Shown piece after piece: positions 49,701-61,696 of a stretch of DNA of 64,000 nt (position 1 is its first letter; every line of letters begins with the position of its first letter). The DNA comes from Marsupella aquatica. Its lineage: Eukaryota > Plantae > Marchantiophyta. The DNA lies in contig OZ316893.1 in the NCBI GenBank assembly GCA_973895155.1, forward strand, positions 6,085,239-6,149,238, in the 5' to 3' direction. The notes under the pieces were generated by a model. That model worked only from the letters and a program-made list of their open reading frames with translations. It was not told where the DNA came from and did not search any database. The translations under genes and the position numbers were made by a program.

Positions 49701-50421
49701 CAGAACTTGGAGTCTTCGCTGTCGCACCCCTCCGGGTCAATGATTGATGGTGGTTGGGGCACGTCTTCAGAAAGAGGTGGATCCTCACTCAACCTCCCCC
49801 AATCAGACGAGTGCTCGTAATGCTTAGGCTCAACAATGAGTCGCTCCACCTGAAGAGGGGTACAAGTTCTGTACTGCAAGAATGTTGGCCTAGATCAACG
49901 TCAATTCTCTCCGGGCTTGGATACAACTCAGTTCTCTGATAGGTCCTCTGTTGATAGGGCCTGCTTGCAAAATCAATGAGAAATTGATGGAAGGCCCTCT
50001 CAGAATCCTCACTGATCTCGTCTGGAACACTACACTCAGTCTCAGAGGAAGAGATCTCTAGAATTTCAGTCTCGATCGCCTGAGAGAGAACTTGATTACT
50101 TCCATGGCTTCTCGAGTGCACTTCAGACGGGCCACCGACCTTTCGATTGGGCCCGTTCTGCTTCAAGCACTGGGCAAAGGGTGAGAGCTTGGGCCTCAAG
50201 CAATTGCACCTCTTGCGCTTCTCCCGAATGGCAAAGTCTAATCCAATATGGGACCGACTGACTAATTTGCATATACACCAGAATTGTGCCCAATCGGGAT
50301 TCTCCCTCTCAAATAGACAATCGGGGCATGTACAAGAACCAAGAATATTGGATGCAGACATCAAACAACCAGTGGAGAGGTAGTAGAAAAGGCTGAAGCT
50401 GTCGTGACATACAACGAACAC
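49700..50421 (-). CDS. Unknown Cys-rich accessory ORF of the pogo-like element (structure uncertain)
   Basis: 210-codon frame 50421-49789 with CTCPDC..WCIC..H..RCNC and an acidic tract; a second frame 49849-49700 (after CTCTTCAG) ends in a TGA overlapping the transposase ATG; candidate upstream GTAAGT donors at ~50620 and ~50836. Confidence 0.4.
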
Positions 50422-53400
50422 TAGATAGAGAGGGCAGAAGCTCTAAAGTTCCAATTACAACATGACCAGCAGTATGCAATGCTTGGGGAATTGAGCACCC
50501 ACTTCGAGCAATTTCTATGTTTAGAATGTGTGACAGATATCGAGAAGGTAAGTCACCACAATCACTACTTATACAAAGCCGGCCATCACAAATCCATGCA
50601 AGGTTTGAGGCAGCACTTACTCCCGCTTCTTTTCCTCGCCATCTTGCAGCCCTTCCCTCCATAGCTGCTAATTCAATTACAAATCCCCTCACGCTTGCAT
50701 TCAATCAGAATTCGACACTCAATCAGTGAACAGCCGTCAACATTCACATATGTGAAAGAGAGCTTGCACTTCAAGAATGTGAAAGAAATACAAGTTCAGT
50801 AACTACCTACGTTTTAGTTCATGCGAATGCACTTACCTTGTCCAATATGAACGCTATTTCCTCAGATGCCTGTAACGTATAACAAGAAAGATTGTACACT
50901 ACAATGTACCTAGAAAGAAGAGAGTAATGGAGCTACGAATCAAACATGCAAGCACTTATGGGACTTCAAATTGTAAGCGGCACACTAAAGGGCTCCAGGA
51001 TACGGTCGTAAACACATGATTCTATGATTCTACGATTCTATGAAGGTCTTCAACTCCCGCTTCAGCTCCAAATTCAACCGATTCACATCGACAATCAAAA
51101 TGAGCAGTCCCGACAATCGCGAACCTTCCATTCGGCAACAATCTCACTCCCGCCGCTCGCGAAATCTCCAAACAAACCCTATCGACGCGCCAAACCGTGA
51201 AAGCTCCAAGGAAACCATCGCTGCCGCGAACACAACATTCATCGGTCCCTCTACCGTGAACACGAAGAGAAACCTAGATGGCGCTGCGAACAAAGGGTTT
51301 AGGGCAGGCAAACGCGAAAACACTGATATATCGATACTAGGATCATCGACGGCTGGGAAAAAATCGCCCATAGGATCGCGGCAGGTGGAAACGCCTGAAA
51401 AATAATGTTTCACGGTCGGTGACCGCAAACCTAATGACGACTACGGTATATGGACCATCTGGACCCCTCACGCTCATTTGGGACACTGCCCTCACAACAA
51501 CACTCTACCTTACACAGTTGAGGCCAACGAGACAGTCCATGTACCATATTTAGTAGCAGATGGTACTCATTTGGGACCTTGAGCGGTCCCTCCAAGATTT
51601 CAAGTCATTCTAGGGAGGATAGTAAGTGTACCATATTTAGAAGTGGGTATTACATAATTTTGAGGATATCTCTACGTCATTGTCCACCGTCTGTGATGAG
51701 ACAGACTTTGACCAGACCCTACGCAGAGCGCACGTTGTGAGAACCACTTCGGCCGGCATCCTTGAGCCAAGGGGAACCTTTGTGCTGAGTTACTCCAAGG
51801 ACCGATTGTTCATTGGCGTGCGATTGAATGCCCATTTCGTTTAGTATATAAGCAACGGAACGTAGCCGGAGAGTCATCAAATTATAAAAAGTTTTCTCCC
51901 AGGTCACCAGCTGGGCTCTCCAGTAGTAGCTAGGCATGCAGAGGGGATCATACGGCGGTTTAGATGTTTCGACACAAACAGAGCACGAAGCGGGTTGGTC
52001 CTCCACAGAAGCCTCTTGGGCCCGAGACTTGTTGACTCTGGTAACATTGATGGACTAAAAGATGGGCCCGGATGGAAAAGAAATGGAGGTGTGTGAAATC
52101 GTATATAGGGCTTGGGAGACACACACAAAGGATGAGAGAGTGAGAGAGAGAGTCCAAGCAGCTCCTTCTTTTCTCAGCACATTGAGAGATTCCGTAGATT
52201 GCAGACTTAGCCACCTTGTTACGAAGGGAAACTTCTCGTTACGGAGGGAAACTTTTCGTTACGAAAACTATCGCTTATACTGCCTTATGATGTCATCGGA
52301 TCTCTGCTGTTGCTGGACTGCTGAGTCCACAGAGCGAGGTCGCTAGCAAAACAGAATGATGTCCGGTCAGTCTGTCCACGATGATCAGAGGGGTTAGCAA
52401 TTTGCTAAGCGCACCCTTAAATCTACATACAAAGATTAGGCGACCTCAGAAGCGCGTTCCCTGGCCAAGTCGCATTCATTGCGAGCGAGGATAGGCTAGA
52501 GCTACGGTAGCAAATGAATGGAATTATTTTGGGGCAGAAGTGAAGTAGATGTTCCTTAGATCCGTTGGGGCCCGCGTTGGTGATGGGTCTATGTGCTATT
52601 TTCTCCAATCAACGAAGTCGCTGAGAAAAACTTCTCAAATTTGAGATTAAGAGAGAAGTGGGGCCTCTGTGCTCATTGTTACAGTTTGGTGAAGAGCTTC
52701 CTCAGTGTTTGAATACACAGGGGCATCCGATCGAAGCTCTCGCGTATCGAAGCGGAACTGAGAGTCCATCTCGTGATACGGATGTCAATTGCTTGGTGCG
52801 TACGTACGCAAAGCAATGTCGTGCGGCGCAGACGCCGACTCGCAATCTCAGACAATCGCCAGCCCTACCGGGATAGCTCTCATTGCCAGCGAGAACACTG
52901 CAGTTTGCACGTGAATAAGATGCATCATTGATTGCAGAACTGCTTGAAGGTGGATTCGAGAGTTCGAGCACTGATGGTGGTCTTTATGGCGTTCACACCC
53001 ATAATCAGAGCTCACTGATGATTACTTCGGTGTAATTTCTCGATCATCGAACTGGAATGTTGGCTCTACCATTGTTCATTTTTTCAGTCTGACAGAGAAC
53101 TCGAGGAGTCTTCAGTCCTCATCGGCCCTCGACGCAAATCACGATCAATATAACTCGTAGTCCACCCTGTGACCGTTCTGGTGCTGGCCCGTTATCAATT
53201 GCTTGCTTACATAAAGCACTCCGTTTGTTCTTGGAGTTCCGTTCACAAGTACGGATGTAGATGATAATCCGGAAGACAAATGTGGAAGAGCCTCCATTTC
53301 ATCCTATGCGCTTCTCTATCTGGCAATGATTTTGAGGAGAACTCTACCACCACGAATGGAGGGCAAGGAGACCCACGCTTTTTGTTACGATGAAGAACTC

Positions 53401-54449
53401 GACCTGCAGACGGTTCTTGGCGTGCAATGAGTGTGGGCTGCGAATGACCCGAATGGGTTGCGTATGTGCTTTCTTACACTTGCGCGTAGCAGACATGATT
53501 TTCGAGGACATTTTACCATGAAATCTTCCGAACTTGTGCGCCTGCCAATTTGCGCCTAGAGCTAGTAGGCTTCACTTGTCGACGAAGGCCCAATCCAGGA
53601 CTGCAACAGCAGTACAGGTAACAGAAGATTTTCACAGACTCGTGTCTGCACAAGAAGAGTCTCTCCGATGACGCCAAGACTCGTCGAATCGTGGCATTTT
53701 TTGACACTTCGTGTGAGTGGTTCTACGACAGTTTCACCAGGTCCCGAGGTCGCGTTGTATCCAATTATCTAACCCTCAACCATAGTGTTTATTCGGTACT
53801 GTAAGGTCTGTTCGAAGGGACGCCTAATGAGATTAGATTTTAACTATGTCATGTCTCATGATCTCACAGATATTGACCTTGGACGAGTATTTGATGAATT
53901 ATTTGATGTTGGGCCCGTTCCGTTCCGTAATTCCTTGCCATTCTGTCATTTGTGCTTAGCCCACTATGCCAGCTGTAGTTAATTTATAGTTCACGCCTGT
54001 CTAGCACTGCTGTTATATGCTTGGTAGTCTTTGATGCAGATCGCGAAGGTATGGTGTCACTGATTGCTACTTCGCTAGATGATTCAGGTCACGATTCAAC
54101 CGAGGTCAATAGGAGTCTCCGGCAGGTCTTCGAATTTCTGAGAGGCAATCACTGAATCAATGTTAGGAAGGTGGTACTGCCGCATATGTGAACGCAAGTA
54201 GGGCATATTTGGAGCAGGAAGGCCTCTGATGAAAAATCAGATCTCCCTAAGGAAGATTGGAAAAATATTTTTCTGATTCATTTGACGACCTGCAGCCCCT
54301 CCTTGTGTGAACATATGTGGCACTACCATTTCCTTAACTTAAAAACACAGCACGCGTACGGACTTTACTAAAAGTGGATCACGACAGCATTCACGCCGAT
54401 TTGCAGTCGATGCTCGAGCGCTACAGATGGTCTAGTGTTCTCGGTACTC

Positions 54450-55280
54450 AATCTTAGTTGTTCTTCTCTACCACTTACAGTTCCTGCAGCTAAGGGGGAT
54501 TCATTGAGGCTCGAATCTTCCAATCAGTAAGCCTGGCATTGTCTGTGGAAGGCCAGTCAAGATGCAGGATCATCAAGGTGAGTCACGAAGTTCAGTTCTA
54601 AGGTTGCCTTCCTGATATGCAGAAAATCAATATTTATGCCCAGGTTAGGATGTGCACAAATCAATATTCACAATATCACAATCAGAAGTAGCACCTACAG
54701 TTTCCTTAGTTTGTGCATTGTTTTGATAGATTTCGCTCAGTTTGCTTTCCGTCCTAAGCCTAGGCAAGTAACTCATTCAAAATTTGATGGTGTGAACCTC
54801 TTCGGAGAGGTTTGATCGGAAGTAGGAAAGGCTCGTTCTCGTAGAAATTCCAGAGAACTTGGGGCTACCCTAGGCCTTAGGAATTTGCGTTTGACACCGT
54901 TATGGACTTCGTCTAGTCTAGTACTCAGCTGATTTGGAAGCAATGCGATCTCTGACTGGGACTAGAAGTCTTCATCTCGTTTTGACATCTGTTTTTTGAG
55001 AGTCGAGCAAGTATGAAATTTCCTAACTTGCTACTAGACTCATCGATGCTCTTTGGTCGATTAAATTCCCGCGCAAGACATTTGATGATTCCCTAAACAT
55101 GTGGTGTTGATGTTGGTGGGCAGTGTGAGAGGAATGGTAATATCGATCATCAATCTCGCTGCTGCAGTTCTGATTAAGGGGAAACGAGCAACCCAACCAA
55201 TGCAGGTCGTTTGTTTGAGAAACTAACTGAGGGTAACTCAGTTGATTCGTGGTGTTCGGACCTCAAACAGTCTTGCTACA
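54450..55280 (+). pseudogene. Additional decayed LRR N-terminal fragment
   Basis: PGIVCG, QF*GCLPD, NLFGEV*SEVGK, VEIPENLG, LLLDSSMLFGR. Confidence 0.4.
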
Positions 55281-55299
55281 ATCAGAAGTATAAATTGAA

Positions 55300-57560
55300 A
55301 GTAATTGAGTAGGTATCTGGCTTTGAGAAAACTTGAGTCGAATAGATGTAGTCACAGCGACCACCACCAGAGAAATTGAGAATCACGCAGCTAGAGGAGC
55401 GGAGTGGCTCAATATCTGGCTGCACTAAGAGTCGATTGCAAAAGGAATTTAGTGGAACCACTGGATGAATCATAGCAACTGAAAACTCTATGAAAACCCT
55501 CTTATTAAGCTCGACCAAGAAATGCGTAAGATGCAAGAACAAACAGGTCGAGAAATTGTGCGCTGAATAGATTCTTCGTTAAGTTTCTATGTTCGGCAGC
55601 CTACAACGGCTACTCGCCACGAGATGGCTGATAGTATGTACTCGCTATCAAGATGGTGACTGCACCAGGCAAGTACTGTCGGCTACGGATTGCAGGATTC
55701 ATGACACATGACTGCATTTTTAGATACAATGACAGCTAGCAAGCTGCCAGAATTTGGTAATTGGTCGGCCATCTCGACGGTGACTGAGCCCTTAGCTTTG
55801 AGGAACTCCAGCTCGCTACGGCTTGAAATCGCTGGGAGAGAGCCGGACAAGCCATTGACTTCTTTCCGCATGTTCCTGTCCTTTTATAATCAAAATCGCT
55901 GTGGTATCTCTCAACGAGTAACGTAAATGATGAGGAAAGAAGTTTGAGGTCCCATCCCAGATTCAAAATCCGCCCCGGTTTGATTGTCGTAGCAACAATT
56001 GTCTCATATCTGCTGTAATGTTGGGTACTTATATTCCAGCATTCCAAGAGAGTAAGGAATAAACTACAATATTCAGGACATCGGTATATGCTTAATTTTG
56101 TCTCGTAGCCCCTCCAGGTTCGTTCGTAAGACTTGCCCTGTTAGAACACGCTTGTTAGAGCTTAAGGAGCGCTTGTTTGAGATGATTATGTCTTTTCAAA
56201 TTAATACTAAATTTGAAAGGGTGTCGCTATACAATCGCTATACAATAATAACATTGTACACTAACCACCCTCTGAGTCTCGCAAGGCGTTCAGGCACCAG
56301 CCGTCAAGAAGAAAATTATCGCATCACTGGGTGTGAGGGGCGAGGGAGATCGACGGTCCCACCACAGCCGTTCATCCCAGTTCCAATATTCAATGGGGAG
56401 GATAGCATCTCGCAAGTAGTGTTGCTTTGGTTGTAATACGATGGATTTGAATTACAGTCGTAGATGCGCTGTGGGGCAAGGCAACAGCCGTCTGAAACGG
56501 GCGGGCATGGCTACAAAACAAAGATTACTAAGTGTGGGCTAGTACCCTCGGTCGACAGTCCAAATTGGCAGAAAGCTGTAGACGAGAGTGATGTTCAATA
56601 CTGTAAATATGTGGATCGGTTTGATATAGAAATCTTACCTGTTAGCTCTGATGGATATAGGACCTTGACTCCTGGTTGACGTCCTTTGAACTCTTGCAAT
56701 GAAATGTATAGTTTTCTGTCACATGATTCTAAATTGCATTCATAATTTTTTGTGGAAGTTAAGTGGATCGATCGACTGTAGCTGACCGTAGCAATGGCGG
56801 CCTTAGGTCTAGGAGAAGGCAGAGGAGCAATTGCTGGGAAGTTTGATAACACACGGAGTTTTACGAACAAAGTTCAAAGTCTAGCAGACCACACGTGACA
56901 TTGCCGGAGGGATCTGTATTTGCTCATGAGATTGTCAACGGCAAGTTCATAAGCGACAAACAAGGAGTTCGACTCAGATAGCTACAAGAGCTGGTCAGCT
57001 GGTGACATACAGTACAACAACTTTAATCTAGTAACAGGAATTAATTCGATTGTGGATGGGCAGGACCAACTCACCAACTTGCCAAACTGTTCACATTTTG
57101 ATCCAAGGAAGGATCCTCGAATAGTCGAATGTGAAGCTGCCAGGTACAGTGCGGGATTAACGCAGGATTTGACAGCAGACAGCAGTTTACCAACTGACAT
57201 GAACGACAAAGACATGAACGACAAACTGCGCTTACGACAGCGTCGGGATCGATCGAGGCACGGCGTTCTAACAAGAACCAGAAAGGATGAATCGTTTCTG
57301 GATCACAGCCTAGAATCACGGCACTGAAATCGTGTCATCATTCTGCAGCCCACAAAGTCTACAGCAAAGTTGTTTGAAAGCTGAGCATCTCTGGAACTTT
57401 TTGGAGGCAAATTAATCAGTCACTTCTGAAACAATATTCTGCACGATACCATTGATCGTACAGCCCCTGTACAGTGTACATTTCACGATGTTGTCACCCA
57501 AACTTGTTTGGCTGTGCGGCACGATTGCGAAGGCCTGGCAATTAACAATTCTGAAAGGAA
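55300..57560 (-). pseudogene. Decayed LRR pseudogene on the opposite strand
   Basis: QLSNNF..DFVGC, GKLLSAVKSC, EQFGKLVS, QIPPAM..TLNF, VKVLYPSELTGKI, RILNLG, NGLSGSLPAISSRSELEFL. Confidence 0.5.
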
Positions 57561-58959
57561 CTATCAAATTTATTTATTCATTATGGGTCTTAAAGCTTAA
57601 AAGTTGCACATGATGACTTTTTTTTAAACTCGAAAAAACTAATTGAAATCATAGAAAAAGCCAATATACAACATGGGTGGCCCAGAAAAGGGGGGAGGCA
57701 GGGGGGGACCAAAGGTAGTGGAACCCAAGCAACCTGAGAGGCCGACACCAGGGGAGAAGCGGGCCCAACCAGAAAGGTGCCAAACAAGATATTTAACTAA
57801 TGCAGAAGGAGGAGCAAAACTCCAAAGACGGGGCCAGTGGAGAGGTACCGGCAGGCCACCTAACTTACAGTGGGTCCATGATAAAGCAAAACAATATCAG
57901 TCTAGCTCCGAGTGCAATTTCTACCCCTGAAAAGAACTCTAAATCATGGGGGATGGGGAGGCACCTGTGGGACTTGCAGGATATCCTCATGAATTTCCCA
58001 GAGTCCATCCCAAGATCCATAGTTGGTAGCCATGTTATTGACTACATTGCTGAAATAGGATTTCACAGCCCAAATTTGAAATGTTGTTTGGCCCAGTCCT
58101 TTTGGGCTCATGAGACTTTTGGCTAAAAACAAATATGATTTTTGGCCATAAATTAAACAAATGGTGCTAACTTTCTTACAAGGTTTTGAAAGTTTTCTCG
58201 TTTTTTACTAGCCTCTACATTGACTTAGGTCATATGCAATCTTTATGACAAACAGAACTTATGGATTATCAATTTGGTTGTCAATATTTTTTTTGGTCTG
58301 GAATCTCAACTACTAACTGAAGGTCCATCAAATTTGAAGTTCTGAGACCCCCCATGAGAGACCCATGAGTGGAGAGAGGGAAATAAAAGACCATCACCAG
58401 GATTTTGTTTTTGGATAGCAACGTCTGTAATCATGACAGTCATCGTTAGGGTCCCAAGCTCATGGCGATGTTCTCAAACCAGCAACCTTTGGGCTCCAAC
58501 TGTTTGCCTTGTCTTTGTGAAAAGCTTTACACTTTAAAAATACATTATTGTCTCATAGTTTTCCACCACATTTTCATTGATCGATCTATGAATGACACAG
58601 AGAGTAAACTGACAGTGTTAGCAGAGAAAGGGAAAGGAAAGCAGAGAGCAAGGAAACCGGGTGGGGAGAGGAGACCAGGTCCCAAGCCAGAAACATACAG
58701 GAGTATAAGCTGGCCAATGGGGAATATTAATAACTAAAAATCAGCATCCAAGAAAGGAGACCATCAGCCTGAATTGTCCACAATAGCAGAGTACCTGCCA
58801 CCACGGGAAATGACAGCCCAAGAACTCCACTAACTGTTAAATTAAGCCATGTACATCATAGGTAACCAGCGAGCAATGGCACCATAGTAGAAAGATGCCT
58901 CAACACAAGAACTAATGTGTGTCTTGCTATTATTAATTACTAGCCTGATGCCAGCGTGT

Positions 58960-59450
58960 TGTACAGAAAATGTTAAGGTGAGGAAAAGATGGTGAGGAGA
59001 GAAACATGTGTCAATGTGAGATGAAAATGTCAAATTAAGTGAGAAAAAGAATGATATCAAGATATTAAGAAAGAAAAATGTCAAAGGGAAGAAAAGATGT
59101 TGAAGAGAGAAAAAATATGTTGAGGTGAGAGAAACATGTCAAGGCTGAGCAAAGACTGATGTCAAGACAAGACAATTAAATATAAACATTAATTGCAAGG
59201 TAGTTCTTCAAACTGTGTGTTAAATCTAAGTCAAATTAATGTACATGAAATTTAAGATGCCATTGAGTACGAGATGTCCATCTCAACAAAATGTCATTGT
59301 GCGTATGATATCAAGTGGAAAAGATCTTGCAAAATATGTATTTGCATAGAAGATTTTGTCATACAAAAGATGTCATGGAGGAAGTCATTGAGAAAAAAAC
59401 TGTCATCAAGGAAAAGAAGTGTCGCCTGTCACTCAAGGAAACCATGACAC
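58960..59450. repeat. Degenerate purine-rich tandem array (gagaaacatgtcaaggtgaggaaaagatg-like); inverted counterpart at 63760-64000
   Basis: The same motif is seen as catcttttcctcaccttgacatgttt at the window end. Confidence 0.6.
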
Positions 59451-60898
59451 AAAGAGAGAAGCTTTTTTTCTCTGTTCTTTGTTCCATAACCATCTTTTTT
59501 CCTTCTGGTCTCCTCTTTTCCCCATTCACCTTACCTCCACTCACTCATGCCCCCCCCCCCCCCACCCCACCCATTCAAGGCTGGAGCCCTTTAAGGAGCT
59601 GCCCTGCATAGAGAGTGTGCCCCTCGCCCTCACCGTACACCTTGTCATCAACTTCCATGCCCTGCTCTTTACATTGTCTTTGGGCCTTCTTGCATTTGTT
59701 CTTTTGGGACTGAAAAAGACAGGGATAATGAAATCGGGTGAGTAGTTTTGATTTGATTAGTCTTGTAGTACCCTATTGAATAAATAATATATGCATTTAC
59801 CAATACTACATGAATTAATATAATATCACCTTATTGAGTATGTATAAATATTTATTTGTTTGTATCATGGAGAGAGGATACTCCTTGGTCCTCGTGCATT
59901 GTGTTAGGGTGGTTACTTTTTTTGTTTGTTTGCTTTTTCTTTCCTGCTTGGACAATCGTGCCATTCTCTTTCATTCACATTACAAAAACTACAGACTTTG
60001 TCTTCATTCCTTCTCTTTGACCTGATTTTTTAATTTTTTGGACACTGTAAACTTTAAAATTTGAATGACGACCACCACAATTTTTGGCCCAACATGTTAT
60101 TCAAGTCTTTGATGGTGTATCATAGCTCCTTATTGTCGCCCTTTCCATATTTTGTGTTATTTATTTTATTTTCTGAAAGCAAATATCCCAACCTCTTATC
60201 CTCAAAGTTGAAACCCCCATAGATCGCAAAAGATCCGGAAAGGTGCCCCAAGCTTCCCCTTATCCACATGAACTACCCAATAAATGAATGGGGTACGTAT
60301 AAGTGCATGATTACATAAACTTACACATTCGATTGGAGCACTTAGAAAAAGAAATTAGGGCTTGATCACCTATACCCTAAGTCCAACCTTTATGCCCAGT
60401 GTCTTGCCTTCTCAATTCCTCAGAGTTTGAGGTAGGTATCTCAATCCCAATGTTAATATGGTGAAGTTGCTATCAAATCACACACCTTAAGTCCTGGTAC
60501 CCTAAACCCCAATACAATCCCTTACGAACGAAATAAGTAAATGTAAATACTCTATACTCAGATATGTAGATATTGCAATATCTACATTTATAATATAGAA
60601 TCTTGCCAAAAGAAGTTACAAACTAGCTTTTGGTGTGAACTGTGTCCACCGTTAGATTTATTCTGTCACTTTTGGAAACTGTGACATTATCTACAGTTGA
60701 GGCAACCTATAAATTGTGGATAAATACATGAATAAATAATTTATGATATTTACATACAATTTAATATACATAAGTACATGTATAAAGAGGTACAAGGTAC
60801 AAGCTCCACTCAAGCATTATTAGGAGAACGATAAATAAGGAGAGGGAACGAAGACCACAAAATAATTTTCATTCATTGATAATTTCCTCTTTTTTTAG

Positions 60899-61696
60899 AC
60901 CGTGCGTTAAATCTGCATTGCGTTAATGCTCCCGGATCTTCTTGGGACCCCCCATACACTGCCCGTACTAGTCCCCGATGTTGCTGCTCGCTACGGCCCG
61001 AGTTTGCCAGAACATAAACCACAACTCTACCATATTGTCACATGCCCTGGCTTGATCAACTTTGTGCTGTCGACTTTGAGTTTATGTTCTGGCACCCTTC
61101 ACTTGCTTTCGCCCGCTCCGGCCCAAGTTTGCCACAACATAAACCAATACTCTATCATTTATCATGACTCTCATCCAAAGTACCAGGCTTTGCCTGAACA
61201 CTTACTTAGACTCTATTTTGAAACAAAGATGACTCCATTGGAAAGAACTGTTGTCAGAACATGAACCACAACTCCATAGAAAAGAAGCATTTGGCAGAAC
61301 AACAACCAAAACTCTATCAATCATGATTTCTAACCAAAGTACTAGGCTGTACTTGAACACTTAGACTCTCTTACGAAGCAAGCATGACTCCCTAGCCGGG
61401 CATGACTTTGTTGGACAAAAATGTTGCCAAAACATAAACCACAACTCCACAAGGAAGAAGTTGATGGCACAAAGTTGATCGGGCCGAGCGAAAAAGTGAA
61501 GGGTGCCAAAACATAAACCTAAAGTCAATGGCACAATGTTAATCGGGCTGGAGTGGGTGAAAAAATGATAGAGTCTTAGTTTATGTTCTGGCAAACTCGG
61601 ACCGGAGCGGGCAACAACATTGGGTATTGGGACGGGCAGTGTATGCGCCCCAAGACAATTGGGGAGCATTACCGCGATGTAGATTTAATGTGCAGT
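60899..61696. mobile_element. Foldback MITE / Mutator-like non-autonomous element, 798 bp
   Basis: ~230-bp imperfect TIRs (the spurious ORFs 60926+ and 61361- translate to similar peptides); perfect 9-bp TSD tttttttag at 60890-60898 and 61697-61705; internal aacataaaccacaactc repeats. Confidence 0.82.

Larger units (their letters stand above)
45863..51446. mobile_element. Tc1/mariner superfamily, pogo-like DNA transposon, 5584 bp, with accessory ORFs
   Basis: 25-bp TIRs ccgtagtcgtcattaggtt(c/t)gcggt at 45863-45887 and 51422-51446; TA TSD at 45861-45862 and 51447-51448; DDE_1-type transposase inside. Confidence 0.93.
44690..54155 (+). pseudogene. Decayed LRR receptor-like kinase pseudogene, split by the pogo-like element
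   Basis: LRR relics CGTIPQS, LLNCSVLQ, TFSGKV, SIPAK..ILNLEN..LPSS (before 45861); SGPL..TLYL, FGEELPQ (after 51448). Kinase relics in order: NDFEEN..GGQG, ADGS..AM, ELVRL..C, DSCLHKK..TRRIVA, PSTIV..R..K, HDLTDIDLGR, SLRQVFEFLRG*. Confidence 0.6.

Noticed and set aside
53345-53450. GATA zinc-finger-like EWR...ACNECGLR
   Set aside because: First CxxC missing, stop codon just upstream; another frame matches kinase subdomains I-II of the RLK pseudogene
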